Positions 38,118 to 52,067 of a stretch of DNA of 64,000 nt are shown here, one piece after another. The notes under the pieces were generated by a model that saw only the letters and a program-made list of their open reading frames with translations, was not told the origin of the DNA and made no database searches. Position 1 is the first letter of the stretch. The number at the start of each line of letters is the position of its first letter. The stretch comes from Thalia democratica (lineage: Eukaryota). A program made the translations under genes and the position numbers. The stretch spans positions 36,394,001-36,458,000 of the forward strand of contig OZ241828.1 in the NCBI GenBank assembly GCA_965202585.1, given 5' to 3'.

Positions 38118-38169
38118 AATTTAAATTGTCGAAATTTAAATTGTCCGAATTTAAATAGTCGTGCACCCC
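38118..38169. repeat. Three ~14-bp AATTTAAATTGTCG repeats ending in GTCGTGCACCC; probable solo terminal repeat of a DNA transposon
   Basis: The tandem subrepeats are seen directly. The TIR interpretation is by analogy with the element at 53377; no partner end was found. Confidence 0.4.
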
Positions 38170-41100
38170 AAACTTACTAATAAGTTGTGTACTTTACATT
38201 CAAATATTTTGAGTTTTATATTACTTATCAATCATATTTTGTTTTTAATTTTTTCTAACTTGTTTAATTATAAATTCATTATTATATTTTAGTTACGTAT
38301 ATAATTGAAAACTTTTAATTAACGTTTTACGTTTAGTTAACTTAGTTGTCATGAAAAAGCGAACAGCAATACTTCAAGTTATGTTAAAAATTAGTTTGTG
38401 AATTATATTTTACAATACTCACACTCTTGTTAGAATATCTTAAAATAAAAAGTTTACATAGTCATAAACTGTATTTATTAGAATTAAACACTTTGACCTT
38501 GAAAAGGACCATGATGCGCTGCAAAAACCTATTCTAAAACTTTAATGCTAAACAGCGATGAACTAAAATTTAACTTGCAAGTGACACGAAATCGATTAAA
38601 GAATATTCAACTGAAGCTTCAAAACCTTTTAACTCTGACGCTGCCGATTGAAAACACCTGTTTTGTTTAAAAACTTCTGAAGTATTTGGCAAAACTTAAA
38701 AAGATTACAAAGCTATTTTCGCATGTGTCAAATTGGTCTTCTGCATAAACTTAAAAGCAAAACTGTCAGTTCAATTAATTCACGTGACAAACATTTATAT
38801 TGAAGCTCTGTGTATTGAATATTGGACTATTTTGTATCGTTAACATTAAAACATTTAAAAAAAAAGTTTTTTGCTGAAATGGATATTTATCGCAAACCAC
38901 ACGAATTTAACTGCTAAATTTGATAATTCAATTAACTAAATAGTAAAAAAATTTGAATTAAAGTTTGAAGAAAGTGCGTGAAGTGGAAATCAAAGCTCAA
39001 ACAAAAAAGTAACTTATATTTTGCTTGTTAAACAATCAAAGCTTAAAAACGAAAATACACAAAAACTACGCGATTAAGCAGAATAACAATATTTTTAAGC
39101 CTCTGTACAAATATGGACAAATATTTTTTTATGATATGTAAGTATTCATACTTTAAACTGTGTAACTGCAAGATAATTTATCTGATTAACTTGTTACGTT
39201 AAATGTTTAAATAATTTTAGTTTCTTAGTTTTTTTAGTTTTTATAAACTTTTTTTTTGTTAACTAAGTTTAAAAAAATAAAAATTAACTATACTTTGTGT
39301 ATTTTTAAATAATCTTAAATTTTGTCACTTATACATAGTTAATCATTTTTTTTAATGAAAAAATTGATTTATGTTTTTAAAACAATTTAAATATAAAACA
39401 CACTGGAATTAATAACACGTAAATATCAACATAAAACTTAAACTTCAAATTAAAAAAAAATGATTTTTTATTTTCTAATTTAGGTTTAAATAATTCAGTT
39501 TTGCTTTTTAAAAGGCCTTAAAACCTGACTCCAAAATTATATAATTGTTTAGTTATCGAGAATTATCAATGTTATTTTTACTTGCTGACTTTCAGTGTTA
39601 ATTGCAAAAACCGATTCTTTTGCCAAATTCGAGTTGATTTTAAAGTTGCGCGCGACGAAATTTATTTTGTTTTGTAAAAAAAAAATCTAAGACATAAAAT
39701 AAAACATTTAAAGTCGTTCGTAAAGTATTTTCTAGGCCGAAGATTTAAATTTGTTTTTTTTTACTTAACTTTTTTTAGCTTGACAGAAGCTAAACAACTT
39801 AGTCTTTAAAATACGTGTTAAATTAAACTCAGCTCTCTGAAAAATTAATATTTTTTTTACAAAGGTTTAGAAAAGGTTATTAAAAGTTTAAATTTTTTAA
39901 AACTATACAAATGTTTTTAAAAGAGTAAAACACACCACGACTAAATAGTTCTAATATATTTAAACATACACTGCATTTTTTATAAATTCAAAATTCAAAA
40001 TATTATTTTCATTTTTGAGTGGTTGATATAAACGTATGAAAACGCAAATATACTAAATTACATTGACGACATATGACACCCGTGTGACTAAAATTCTAAG
40101 TAGGCAGTTAAAAAATTAAGCAAATTTTACAACTGTGTAATTTTCTAAATCCATATCATAATTCACACTTCTCATAAGTAAAACGGTCGTGTGACAGAAA
40201 AGTGTCTGTTTTGTTTTGTTCCATTGTCAGCAGTCTCATAAATATTTCACAAGTCTAAACACGCAAGATTTCATTATCTCTCCTTTATTTTAAAACTGGC
40301 CGTTAAAACTTGATTCAAAACATTGACTTTTTTTTTTGTTTTTAAATTATTTCCGATACAAGCGAGTTTAAGCTTTTCTGCATTTGTAAAGACAAAAACA
40401 AAATCAAACTTTTTACTGTCGAACACAAAACTAAGAGCGGAAGTTTCCTGTCTATTCACTGATTAGTATCTGCGCCTAATACAGTCTCTTATTTACAACT
40501 TGAGCCCCAAAACTTGTTTAATCTTGTGATATTTATTGCTGCTTCTTCAAGCTTCGTCTTGTTTAATGTCACTCAATTTTTTCATGCTCGCCCGTGCATG
40601 ACGTGAAAACGCTGATGTTTTACAAAACAATTTCCCGGTTGAAAAAAAATTCAAGTGCCTTTCACTGAGATCATGTTACGCTTTAGGCAGCTTTTGTTAC
40701 GTAGACAACAGAGCCGGAAATTCGAATAAGAAGCAGAATGCGTCAACCCAACAAGCAAGAATAAGTGATAGAGATTAAACCCCTCTGTTCCTGCTAGGCA
40801 ACATTACTACAAAAAGAAAGAGCAATTAATCAAACGGTTTCTGACTTGCAGCTTGATTTTACAATCTCGAGCCGAAGTTCACTCGATGGCGGCAAGCACT
40901 TAGCCTCTTTCACACCCAGTCGGCCTCTTTTAGCAAACTTAACGAAGTTAGTTATGTTTGTAAATAATTTTTTTAAGATTTTTAAATTTAAAACAAAATT
41001 GTATTGGAATAATCTAAAACTGTGAGCAAAGTTTACATTGGAGTTCGTAATGCCACGTGTTTTAAGTCATCGCTTTATTACCTGCCTCACCGCAACTTTG

Positions 41101-43424
41101 TGACGTCATAGTCAAAACCGATGACGGCTCGAAGACACATCAGCAGTGAAGTGTCACCACTTAACTAGTTAAAATAAATTTACAATCTCTCATGAAATTT
41201 GAGCCGCTTAACTCTCACGTTGCCAACTGCAATTAATTTAAAGCAAATTGTCGCGATAATTGGAAGTTGCTACATTGTCGCTTGCAGTTGTCGTTGTTGG
41301 TGTGAAGCCAAAATATCGATGCCGTAAACATAGAAGTACCCTTACAACAGTAATAAATAATAGATAAAATATTAAGGCTATAATAACTTATAAACTATTA
41401 GTAGTTTTAAAAATTACTTCGTAAAGGACGTTATAATAAATTTTATTTGTTAACATTTTCATCAGTGGGCCGCCATTCAAAAGTTAATGTGATGTTTTTC
41501 CTAAATGACGTAATGTATGTTCGAGGCTTTAAATTTTCGAGTTCCGAGATGCTCGCCTTGCAATAGCGTAATCAATACAAAATATCTACATACGAAAACT
41601 ACTCAATAGTTTTTCCTAAAACTTTATGATGTATAATAAATTTATTTTATTTTGTTAATCCAGTGTTTGCCTGCGGTTTATTGAAGCTTTATGTCGATAA
41701 TTTAATATAGAAAATAACGATTTTGTTAAATTAATTTTTTTTTAATTTTTTTTTACAAAACGTATTACAATTAATCAATTAAACATGAAAAATAAGTTTA
41801 AAAAAGTCTAAACCTTTATTTAGTTAAAAAATATATTAATCATTAATCATCATTAATTCAATTATTAATCATTTAATCGTTAAAAAGCAACAAAAAAAAT
41901 TATCATTTCGAATGGCAATCAATAATTATGCTTGTGTTGCACACAAACACACAAAAGACGCTTCAAGTTGTTTAAACTGACACAACTAATTACCAGTCGG
42001 CTGTGTTTAAACACACAAGCTCAACCCAAAACACTAAAATTCGTTTATTTTCACCAAACACAATAAATTGAACAGTCATCAAACAGATTAGTAGTTGAAA
42101 AGTTGACGTGTTTCCGTTACTTGATCGTGCCTTGCTTTGAGCTTAATTTGCAAAACAAGTAAAAGTTTAAATCTGCAAAAAAACGGTCCGTAAACCAATT
42201 TTTTATAAGCAGTTAGAAACGATACTTTAGATTGTTAGATAATGAATATCCGTTGTATAAGTGCTATCTTCGTAATACCTATGCTAAAATAAAATTCAGT
42301 TGAAAAAAACTAAGATATAGAATGTATAAAAATTTTAGTCTTCATACACTGAATCGTGCCTATATATTATATATATATATAACAATATACTGTTTATAAG
42401 CACTAAAAACTTCTTGTTAGATTTTTTATTACTTACGACAAAACAAACCAGACTTAAGCTTCGAAAAGACTTTGTTTAAAATATTAAAATAAAAAAAGGA
42501 AACAAAGAGTTTACTTGAAATTTCTTTCCAGGTGTATTTTATTTTTCGAAAACATAGAAAGCAAAACTAAATTTATACTGAAAACTAACATGATTAAAAT
42601 AGCAACAAAGACTACAAAATTTAGAGGTCTAACAATCTGCATGATTCGCGACAGTCGACATATGTTATCGGCAGAAAAAATGTTTGTTTAATTATTACTG
42701 ATTCATACGGTTGCCAATTTTCATTGCAGAATTTTTTTATATTTCCATGTTTGCTTTTCAAAATCTCGGTGAACTTACGCTTAGAAAAATAGCATGGTTT
42801 ATCATTTGAATAATTTTAAACTCAAGTATTTAGATTTAAACTTGAATTCGCCGAAAGGATTAAATTGTAGCCAAAATATCAGCTTCATTATGTAAGTTAT
42901 TGTTTTACCGTCTACATATAAGGAAGTTTTAATCAATTATTCGAAAACACCAACGGTCTTAGTTAAATTTCAATGACGTCATAATAGTTTCTGAAGTCAG
43001 TTGCCAAGTTACAATGCAGCTCAGGTAGCTTAGTACGATTGATTAAACAAAAAACTCAATCCGGACTGTCGACTGGAATTGAGGAACAGACACGCAATCA
43101 GACACAGCAAACAGAGAATATTTACAAGTAAACACACAGTGAAAGTCCTACGGGAGCGAATATCATTATCAGGAACCACTGGTATATAATTACGTCATAA
43201 TAGCTAGTTAATGCACACGTAACTCTTAGTTTATGTCTTTTCATCAGTTCCTTTAGCTCATATTAACTTCATATTAATTTTTTGAACTGAATTTTTAATT
43301 TAGTTCATTTGTTTATCATATTGTGTTTAACTTTGTGTTTTCATTTAAATTATGTTTGTATATATATATATATATTTTATCTTAAAGTTTTGAATATAAG
43401 TTTATTTTCTTTTTCTCTTTTTGT

Positions 43425-43500
43425 GTGTCCTGTTTAAGTGGCTCAGGTTTTGATGCCTGAGTCCAACATTGCACAATAAACAAAATAATAATAATAATAT
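43425..43500 (+). mobile_element. LINE/SINE-like 3' tail (stem-loop, AATAAA, (TAA)n)
   Basis: GGCTCAGG-TTTTGATG-CCTGAGTCC hairpin followed by AATAAACAAAATAATAATAATAAT. Second copy at 9910-9975 on the minus strand. Confidence 0.5.
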
Positions 43501-44095
43501 TATTGTTTGTGCAACCGGTAGTCATTTTATCAGTATTATTTTACAAATAATATTTGAATAGTTTGAGCTTAACAGTTAAATTATTGTAAATGATAAAAAG
43601 TTCATAAACAACAAACATTTGATAATATGCGTGAAGATTTAACTTTTGAGTTTATATATAACAAAAAAAAAAATCAAATTAAAACGTTTGTTACTTAAAG
43701 CTTCTATAACAAGATTTTTGATTATCAAAGGTAAACATTTTCCGAAAAACTACTAAAAAGGTAATAAAAAACCTATTAAACTGTTAAAAAACGACTTTAT
43801 CTTTAGAGAATTGATAATTAAATTATTTTTTCAAAATTACATTAAGTTGCTGCCTTTAGAAAACCAATTAGTTTAGTGGTTTAATTTTACTAAGAATAAA
43901 TGTTCTTGAAGATATCAAGTTGTAAATAATCTTTTAAACTTAGTCCCTTTGAAAGAGTTAGAAAAAAAGCTACTTAGAAACTTGTACAACATTTGAAAGC
44001 TTAAGTAAGTTGTTCCTAAAACATTTATTTAAAACACCTCCAACTAAAACAAGTGAACCAATAAGAAACGTAACTAAACTTTGCTTTATTTTCAG

Positions 44096-44194
44096 ATTGT
44101 TTGCGCCAAAATGTGCAAAGTGCACACTTGGACTGGTCAAAGGGGAGTTGATGATGTCTAGCAGAGATAAAAAGTATCATGTTCAGTGTTTTAG
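44096..44194 (+). CDS. isl: Islet copy B, exon 3: first half of LIM2
   Basis: TTTTCAG| acceptor; LFAPKCAKCTLGLVKGELMMSSRDKKYHVQCF(R); AG|GTTAGT donor; phase 2/2. Confidence 0.95.
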
Positions 44195-44521
44195 GTTAGT
44201 ACGTAACATTACAAAAGTTTGTTTGACCCATCTGTTTAGCTTTAAAAATTCTAAACAGCTTCTGGTGCATGAACACTGTAACAATAAATTTGAAAATTTT
44301 CAAAAGCAGTTTACCTAAAACTATTGAGAGTAGTTTGTTTTAATATTAAGCACGTTTTAATAATTACATGTTAATTATGAATTACTTCAATTGATTTGTA
44401 TTACAGATGTTTAAAAGGTCTAATGCATGCATTTTATATAGAGAAAAGTAACAGAATGTTTCTTTATAATTATATGTTTGTTTAATTATGAATATTTGCT
44501 CTAAGTTGATTTGTATTACAG

Positions 44522-44649
44522 ATGTTACGCATGCCACAATCAGCTGATACCTGGAGATTCTTTTGTATGTAACGACGATGGAAGCATCTACTGCTTGCGA
44601 GATTACGAGAGAATCTTTAACAAATCAGTAGAAGACAACAGAGTTGTTG
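44522..44649 (+). CDS. isl: Islet copy B, exon 4: second half of LIM2
   Basis: TTACAG| acceptor; CYACHNQLIPGDSFVCNDDGSIYCLRDYERIFNKSVEDNRVV; G|GTGAGT donor, phase 1, matching exon 5. Absent from the supplied ORF track. Confidence 0.95.
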
Positions 44650-46939
44650 GTGAGTCATTTGACTTTTAAAATGCTGTGGTAAAATTTTGTAATGCTTGAA
44701 GAAGTATCGTCTTATACGAAAAGGTATTTATAAAATTTAAAGCTTAACTTCTAAACAAAGTTTTATGTTCTACTTACATACTGATATTTCAAAAAAAACA
44801 TGTTACTTTTTAAACGTTTACCTTAACTTAAAACTTGATAGGACTTATTCATTGAGCAATCAAGTTTAAAAATGTTTTTGTTAACCGTTTATTATTTTAA
44901 GGTAAACCAAAGTATTTTAAACATGTTAAAAACAGTTTGTTTGAGCTTTTAAGTTTATTAATCATTTTATTTTTTCAATATTCAGTTTTTACTTGTCTTT
45001 TGTTGTTAGTAAATGTTAATACTTATAAAGTGCCCTAATAAAATTTAAAATATTTATAATTTTTATTTACTTTTTAAACTAAAACTTGTTTAAGATTATT
45101 TGAATTGAGAACTGTATTTATATTATAGTAGCATGATAGTTGTCTAATATAAATATTTATTTTCGTTTTCATTTACAATATCAAAAATAAACTGGTTGTG
45201 CAAATCTACCTATAATACCATTGGAAGTACACTTACTAAACAGAGACTTAAAGTTACTACATACAAAATGTAACTTAAACACCCTAAATTAAAGTTTTAA
45301 TCACTTATTAACCTCTAACTTGCTCGAGGTGTCAGAAGCTCAAACAGAAGTCAGTCAACCGTGAATAAAACGTGCTCCCTTGCCAGCGGCTACTATTTAA
45401 TCAGGTAATCCGTGCAAGTTAACCTCGCATAACTTGACCTTCGCACTTTGTAATCTGATCAGATTTGCCGCGGCGAAAGTTTCTACACAATGAAGCTCGT
45501 TGTAGAGTGAAGAGGGAATTACTACTAATCAAAACTTCTTTTGATTGTTGAGACTGAAAAATTTTTGAACTTCTGGCTTTTCCGTTTGTTTTTTTATCAA
45601 TTATCGCCTTAATTTGGCACTAAAGTGTTATTGATCTTACTGGTTTTGGTTTTGCCTTTCTTGCTGCGTAGAGAAACTCTCGCAAGATAAAAACGTCAAA
45701 GCTAATTATTAGTGTGTGATAAAGTTGAAGAAAGCTTAGCAGAAAAAATTATTCGTCCATATTATTATTCTTTTGTGCATTCTTGATACTTTTTTTAACA
45801 AATTAAACATTAAGGATGTTTACAAAGCCATAAGTAATGGTTAAAAATACAAAAATGTACTTTTTCCTTCCATACTTTAAAAAATTATTGTTTTTCTCCA
45901 TTATCTTTACATACATAGTTTCTTAAATTCTCGACTAAAAAAGTAGTTTTTACTTTTGATGCATGATGTACTTGATAAAGTTTAGAAAAAATGTATATTT
46001 CTAGTAATTGTATTCGAGCAAGTTTGTTTAATTGTTTTATCCAATAAACTGAAACCTTAAGCAAAAGAATTTTAATAACTAGTAAAAAGCGAGCTTATGC
46101 ATTAATCAGTAAACTTTGATAAAACAGTGCTGTCTAAAAACAACTTAATATCTATATAAACATTGTAATGTTTAATCAACGTTAAATGACAATTTCAAGA
46201 ACGTTTTTTATGTTTTAAATTAAAATATTTTTCAAAAATTCAATGCTACAAAATCTAAAAAATAATTCAAAAAAAAAGTTTAAACCAAATCAATCAAAAG
46301 CAAACTTATTATGCGGAAACAATGACGTCGACGCAGCAATGTTTATGACCAAACAAAAACTGTTCCCAGCTGACATTCACTTCTTCAAATATTAATAAGT
46401 AGACAAGTGTCCTTCGAAGTTACAGTCACTTTGAAGCTGTCACTCGAAAGCAAATTGCCACAATTAAGGTATTAATACAACGATAACGACAAGTTGCCTC
46501 AAGCTTTAAACAAAGTCACCTGCAAAATAGTTGAAGCTGACTTTCAAATAATAATCTGTTACAGTTGAAATAATTGGCTTTATTGGAATTTTCTATCAGC
46601 TTCGACTTATGTGAACGTTCGAAGTTTTCTTTTTGTTGCTAAAAATGTGCCACTGATTTTTCACACTTTTTGTAAATATGCTTTTTAAACTAATGTAGTT
46701 TTTTGTAACGATGACCAGCCTTTAAATTATTTCATGTTAGTATTGTTAAAAAGACGTTGTCAAAGTACAAAGTTATTAAATGACACGCTTTAAACGCCAG
46801 ACGCCATTTTCTACACATACTTCAAAGATTAACTAAATTAGTTGTTTTTGTTAAATTACTTTGAAAGTAAAAATATTTATAAAAGTTCAAAACAAAAACT
46901 GTAAAAATTACTACAAAATTTTTAAATTTAAACTTGCAG

Positions 46940-47337
46940 ACGCATACACGGGACAAATAGTCCCAAGACAAAACATGAACCACGGTCCCAGGGGAGGACA
47001 CATTTCATCGGGAGAGCGCGGCAGGGATCAAGGGGCAAGCAGCAAGAGGAGAGGCAAGACGACGAGACAGAGGACGGTGCTGAACGAGAAGCAGCTGACG
47101 GTGTTGCACACCTTCTACGACAACAACTGCAGGCCCGACGCCATCATGAAGGAGCAGCTGACCGCCATGACCGGCCTCCCTCAACGAGTCATCAGGGTGT
47201 GGTTCCAGAATAAGCGGTGCAAGGACAAGAAGAGGTCGATCGCGCTCAAGCAGCAGCAACAGCAGAAGATGGAGCAGCAGCAGATGAGGAACGGCGAGGG
47301 AGGGAAGCAGCAGAATTCCGGGCAGCAAAAACAGCAG
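46940..47337 (+). CDS. isl: Islet copy B, exon 5: homeodomain
   Basis: TTGCAG| acceptor and CAG|GTTCGC donor. The homeodomain protein sequence is identical to copy A; 16 nucleotide differences in 398. Confidence 0.96.
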
Positions 47338-50300
47338 GTTCGCTGGTTTGATGTTAAATTTTAAAAAAGTATTAAACTTCTTATCTAAGACTAATCTAAT
47401 GGCTATAGATTTATCATGAAATAATAAATTATTTTTAATTATATTGCTTTTAGTTAGTTCGTAAATTTTTTATTATCTTAAAGTGATTTTTATTAACTTA
47501 CAATAAAAATAAATAACTTTAAAATATTTGAACAATGCCCTGACCTGTATTTTTTAGTTTTAAATTCTAAGTTAATCTATGTGAAATACTTAGAAAAACT
47601 TTTTTTTAGATAGATAAACAAAAATTAGACAGTTTTAAAAGTTCATTTTTGCTACTAGAATAAATAATCTAAAAAACAGTCTAATACTAGCTTATTACAT
47701 GTAAAAAACAAATAGTTACCTAATATTAAAAGTTTTTTAAATGCAGCTATCTTCACAAAGATTAAATAAATAAAAAATTCTTACGACGCTTATTTATGTA
47801 AAATAAAAAATCAAATACTTATGATTGGAGCTGCTAATCGAGCAGATATACATATTTTAAGTGAGATTAGTTTTTTTTTGTGTCAAATAAATTTAAAACA
47901 CATAAATTATGAACATTTAAAACTCTTGATAAAATAGAATGAAATAAGAGTGTTAGTTAAGAAATAAGTGACTTACTAAATTTTTATTTTTTGACAACTT
48001 AACATTGTTTAAAGACTGATTGCTTAAAAGCAACGTAAAGATTTTTTTTTACATTAAATTAGGTATATTCTTATCATATACATGTGCAGGATGCATAGAA
48101 GCACTGTTGCTTATTTTACATAATACTTGACAAAAATTTACTTTTTAAATGAAAAAATAACAATACAAGTTTTGAAAATTGCCTTCAAAGATTTCGTTTA
48201 TACCATTTCGTTCGTAACATTCTACTTAGTTCCCATAAACTAATTAAACTTCATTGAATATCGTCAGTTAATATATTCACTACTTTCTATTGCACTTCCA
48301 CACCGATTAATGCTGACCCCTGACCCTTGACAACTTTAAACTTCTCGGTTGTAGTTGAGGCAGCAGCAGATTACTTTCGAAAGTTCTTGCCAAATTTCAC
48401 GCCTATCGTGCCACCCATTAAGCCTCAACAACAAAGTCTTATGACGTCATAATCCAATGCATTTCGCACAGCTGCAGTTTGTAAGAGCTTGCCTTGTAAT
48501 GCTTCTATCTTGAATTTGCTGACCATCTACGCTTACTTGGCTAACAAAAGTTTTGATCAGTATTAAACTGTTTCTTAAAAGTCTTTTTATTTCAAAATTT
48601 TTGGCAAGACAAATGAAAAACTTTGATACAAAGTCTAAAAATATCAAAATGCTTTAAACTTAAACTTGTTTAAGTTTTTTTTTCAATGTCTAAACATTGT
48701 TACTGTGACCAAATGAAATTTATTTTATATAAAGTGTCTTCTTTTTAAGTTAAAACTTAAAATTATCACATTATAGTACCTTTTATTAATAACTTTTCAT
48801 ATGGTTTTAAGTTACTTATGTTTTTTTGCAGCAACAATTATTTTCATTAATATTATTTACTAGTTAAAAAAACTTCAGCTTTATATTTATAAGTACGATG
48901 CAATTTATCAATTTAAACGTTGTTTTGTTAGTCGTTTTTTTTTTAGAATTTAGACTTATAAAGATAAAGCATATACTTTATAAACATCATAAAGACTTTA
49001 AACCTTATAAAGTTTTCATACATCAAAAAATTATGAGCTTAAAACTTATAAACGACTGTTTTGGTGGTCCATTAGTCAAATTTTACCTTTATAAAGTTTA
49101 CGAGGTAAACAAGCCATAAAAAAAAAATCACCAACATTTTATTTGGCAAGTTCGACAATTTTGCACTTTTACATCTCGAGACCATCTCGGTTAATGACGT
49201 GATTATGATAAACGACATCCATTTGCGTTGCCCTGACGATGGTTGCCATATGTTCAAGATGCTCCTTTGGGAAGTTGTTACCATGGAAGCGTTGTGCCAC
49301 CAATTTAATTACTCGCCCATCATGTTGGTTTTTATATTGGTAAAAAAAAACACAACCGATTTTATTTTCGTTTCTTGACTGTAATAAATTCAACTAACAT
49401 TTTAATAGTGAATAAACAGTTGAAAATTTGAATATAAGACAAAAGGAAAAAGTGTGCAATTAAAGGAATTTTAAGTTGAGTTAAGGCTGTATTTTAAGTA
49501 GAATTTCTACCTATCCGACTTTGAATCATTTTTTTCTTTACACCTGCTTGAAAATAAGCTACTAATCAAAAATAAAATAGAAGAAAACAGAAATACGGAA
49601 ACAACTCATTTATTTTTAATTAACTTGGGTCAGAAGCGCGTGGAAAATTTTAAAAATACAAGTTGTTACGTCATAAAGGTCAGAGAAAAGCCAGAGAGAC
49701 CAAACCGTTCTTTTTTGTTGTTGGCGCCGCGATGCAGGGACGAGTTTTCTGCATATTCATGAGCTCATCGATCAGTGTGATCTAAGATAAGGAATTTTTC
49801 CTTCTTCTTACTTTTCATGGGTTTAAGTTGTGAATGACACTACTTGATACTTTTTCCTTTAACAAGATACAAGCTAATTTGTACGGTGAATATTAAAACA
49901 ACGAGGTTTTAGATTTAAATAACAAAAAATGCAAACAATTGAGCAGGTGATCAATAGTTAATTTAATTTGATGACACGCGTTCTGCTTATCTGCTTGTGC
50001 TTCCGACATTTTATTAAAATAAAGTATAGTGACACATAAATAAAAAAACAAAGAAAATAAGTATCAACATAAGTGAAATATTTTAAAATTCATATGTAAA
50101 ACAAGAATAAGTTTCAGTAGTTTTCTGTAAATTTATTCATAAGTATCAGTAAGATCACTAAAGTGTGTAATTTGTACCTATATTTTGAGTGACCGATCAG
50201 CTACAAATTTCTATCTCTTAAGTTTTTACAGAAATCACTTTTACAAGTTTAATTTAAATTTTGATTAATCTACTAAAGCAGTTTTCGACGTTTTTAAGTT

Positions 50301-51490
50301 AATTTGCGTGCTAAATAAGTAGAATTATTTTATGTCTTTAATGAAAAATTTTAATAATTACGTTTGTAACAGGTAAAAATGTAAAAGTAAACTATAAAAT
50401 ATTTATACTTTTCAAAGTATACGTTTATAAAACTTCCATAAACATGCAAAATATTTCAATCAAAGTTGAATTAAAACACGTTCAAGTTATTTTTCGGCAA
50501 AAACTTAAATAAAACTCTGTGTGAGTAAGAAACTATCAAATTAAAAATATTTTTAAATAATGTTTTTGTAAAAAACTTTTCCTTTTTAATTCGGATGTCC
50601 AAAAAAACAGCTCAAGAATTTTTGCTCATACTATTTTTATTTTTATTTTACCAAGTGCTAGCTTGTAATTTGTTTATTTAATTAACATCATCAGAAACGC
50701 ATAAAATATTCAGCAAACTACTTCAATAAGCTTTCACGATGGTAGTCACAGAAGTAAAACAAATATTTTATTAAACAAATTAAATTGTTTAATTTCCTTG
50801 TTGCATTAAATATGGTGGCGTAGTTTGCTAGTAGAATTTTTTAATAGGATTTGAAATTTACTTTCATCAGTAAGAAATATAAACGAATTGCTACCACAAT
50901 TTAGTTCAATTTATTTTATTTATTTTTTTTAAGATGAAACAAAGTTTGTAAAAAACTAGTTAACATAAGTTTACACATTTCTATGATTATTTTTGTTTAT
51001 AACTTTTATAAAGTTACAAAATTATATTAAAAAAAATCAAAATAGCCAAACTAATCCTTAGAAAAAACCGTATTCTAAATAAATAAAATGCTAGCAGTGT
51101 ATAATTTATTCAAATTAGCTTCAAATTCACATCAAGCCCGCATTGTACAGCTATATAGTGACGTCATAATCACAAGTGGTGCTCAAGTGTGCTGCGTGTC
51201 CCTAATCAGCAAATCAACGAAATCAACTTTCTATAAGGAGAAGATAAATTTTCTGATCGATTTAAATATTTGTTCATTGTTTTTTATTTGTGGCAGCTTA
51301 ATGGGATAAACAGTTTCAAACTTGAATAAGTTTTGATTGGGATCTTTTTATAGAAGGTTTAACAATCAAGATTTTCCTTCTCACTACTTGCAAAAAATTT
51401 TTAAAACGTGTTACATTAGTTTAATATAGAAAAGTATTAGACTTTAATAAAATACTGTTTTTTTCTTTAAAACGCTGAAAATAATTTTAG

Positions 51491-51682
51491 AACGAAGCAC
51501 CCATCTCGAACAAAGGACCTAAACAGTCAGACCAGCCGGTCAGCGTTCCAGGACGAAATTCAAACCAGTCCATTGACCAGTCGATGGGTTACCATCATCA
51601 GAAGCAGCAGCAGCCGGCTTGGAAGGCGCTGAGTGATTTTGCACTGCAGAGCGAGATAGAAAAACCACCGTTTCAGCAGCTG
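51491..51682 (+). CDS. isl: Islet copy B, exon 6
   Basis: TTTTAG| acceptor; NEAPIS...QQQPAWKALSDFALQSEIEKPPFQQL (64 codons, one His fewer than A); |GTTTGT donor. Confidence 0.93.
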
Positions 51683-51729
51683 GTTTGTTTGTAAACTGCT
51701 TTATATTAAATGATGAACTTCACCACAAG

Positions 51730-51875
51730 ACCATCAACAACAGTATCCGAGACATATGCATTTAAGCCCGCTCGGTTTAGATCTCAGCAGCGTCTGATAA
51801 AGACAGGCATAGTCGCGAATAACCTAATAAGGACAAAACTTGTCGTAGGTTGTCTCGGGTACTGTTGTTAATGGT
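51730..51875. mobile_element. 146-bp MITE-like element with 25-bp TIRs, intron 6 of copy B
   Basis: ACCATCAACAACAGTATCCGAGACA / TGTCTCGGGTACTGTTGTTAATGGT (23/25). No clear target duplication. Not seen in intron 6 of copy A. Confidence 0.6.
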
Positions 51876-52067
51876 AAAGTATGGTATAGTTAATTTCAGT
51901 TAATGATGACTTTTAGATATGTATCAAAGCGAGGTCAATACTTATAAATGACTGACCTCACTTTAATACACAAGCTGAAACGTATGTACAACTGTTCAAA
52001 ATAGTTTGTCATGTAAAAAATATAAACTTTTAAACCATGAAAAACAAAAACTAAGTGTTTCTTTCAG

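Noticed and set aside
49072-49393. Two overlapping minus-strand ORFs in a conserved intron block
   Set aside because: One frame has a stop in copy A, the other shows mostly non-synonymous differences, and there is no domain. Better explained as a non-coding block.
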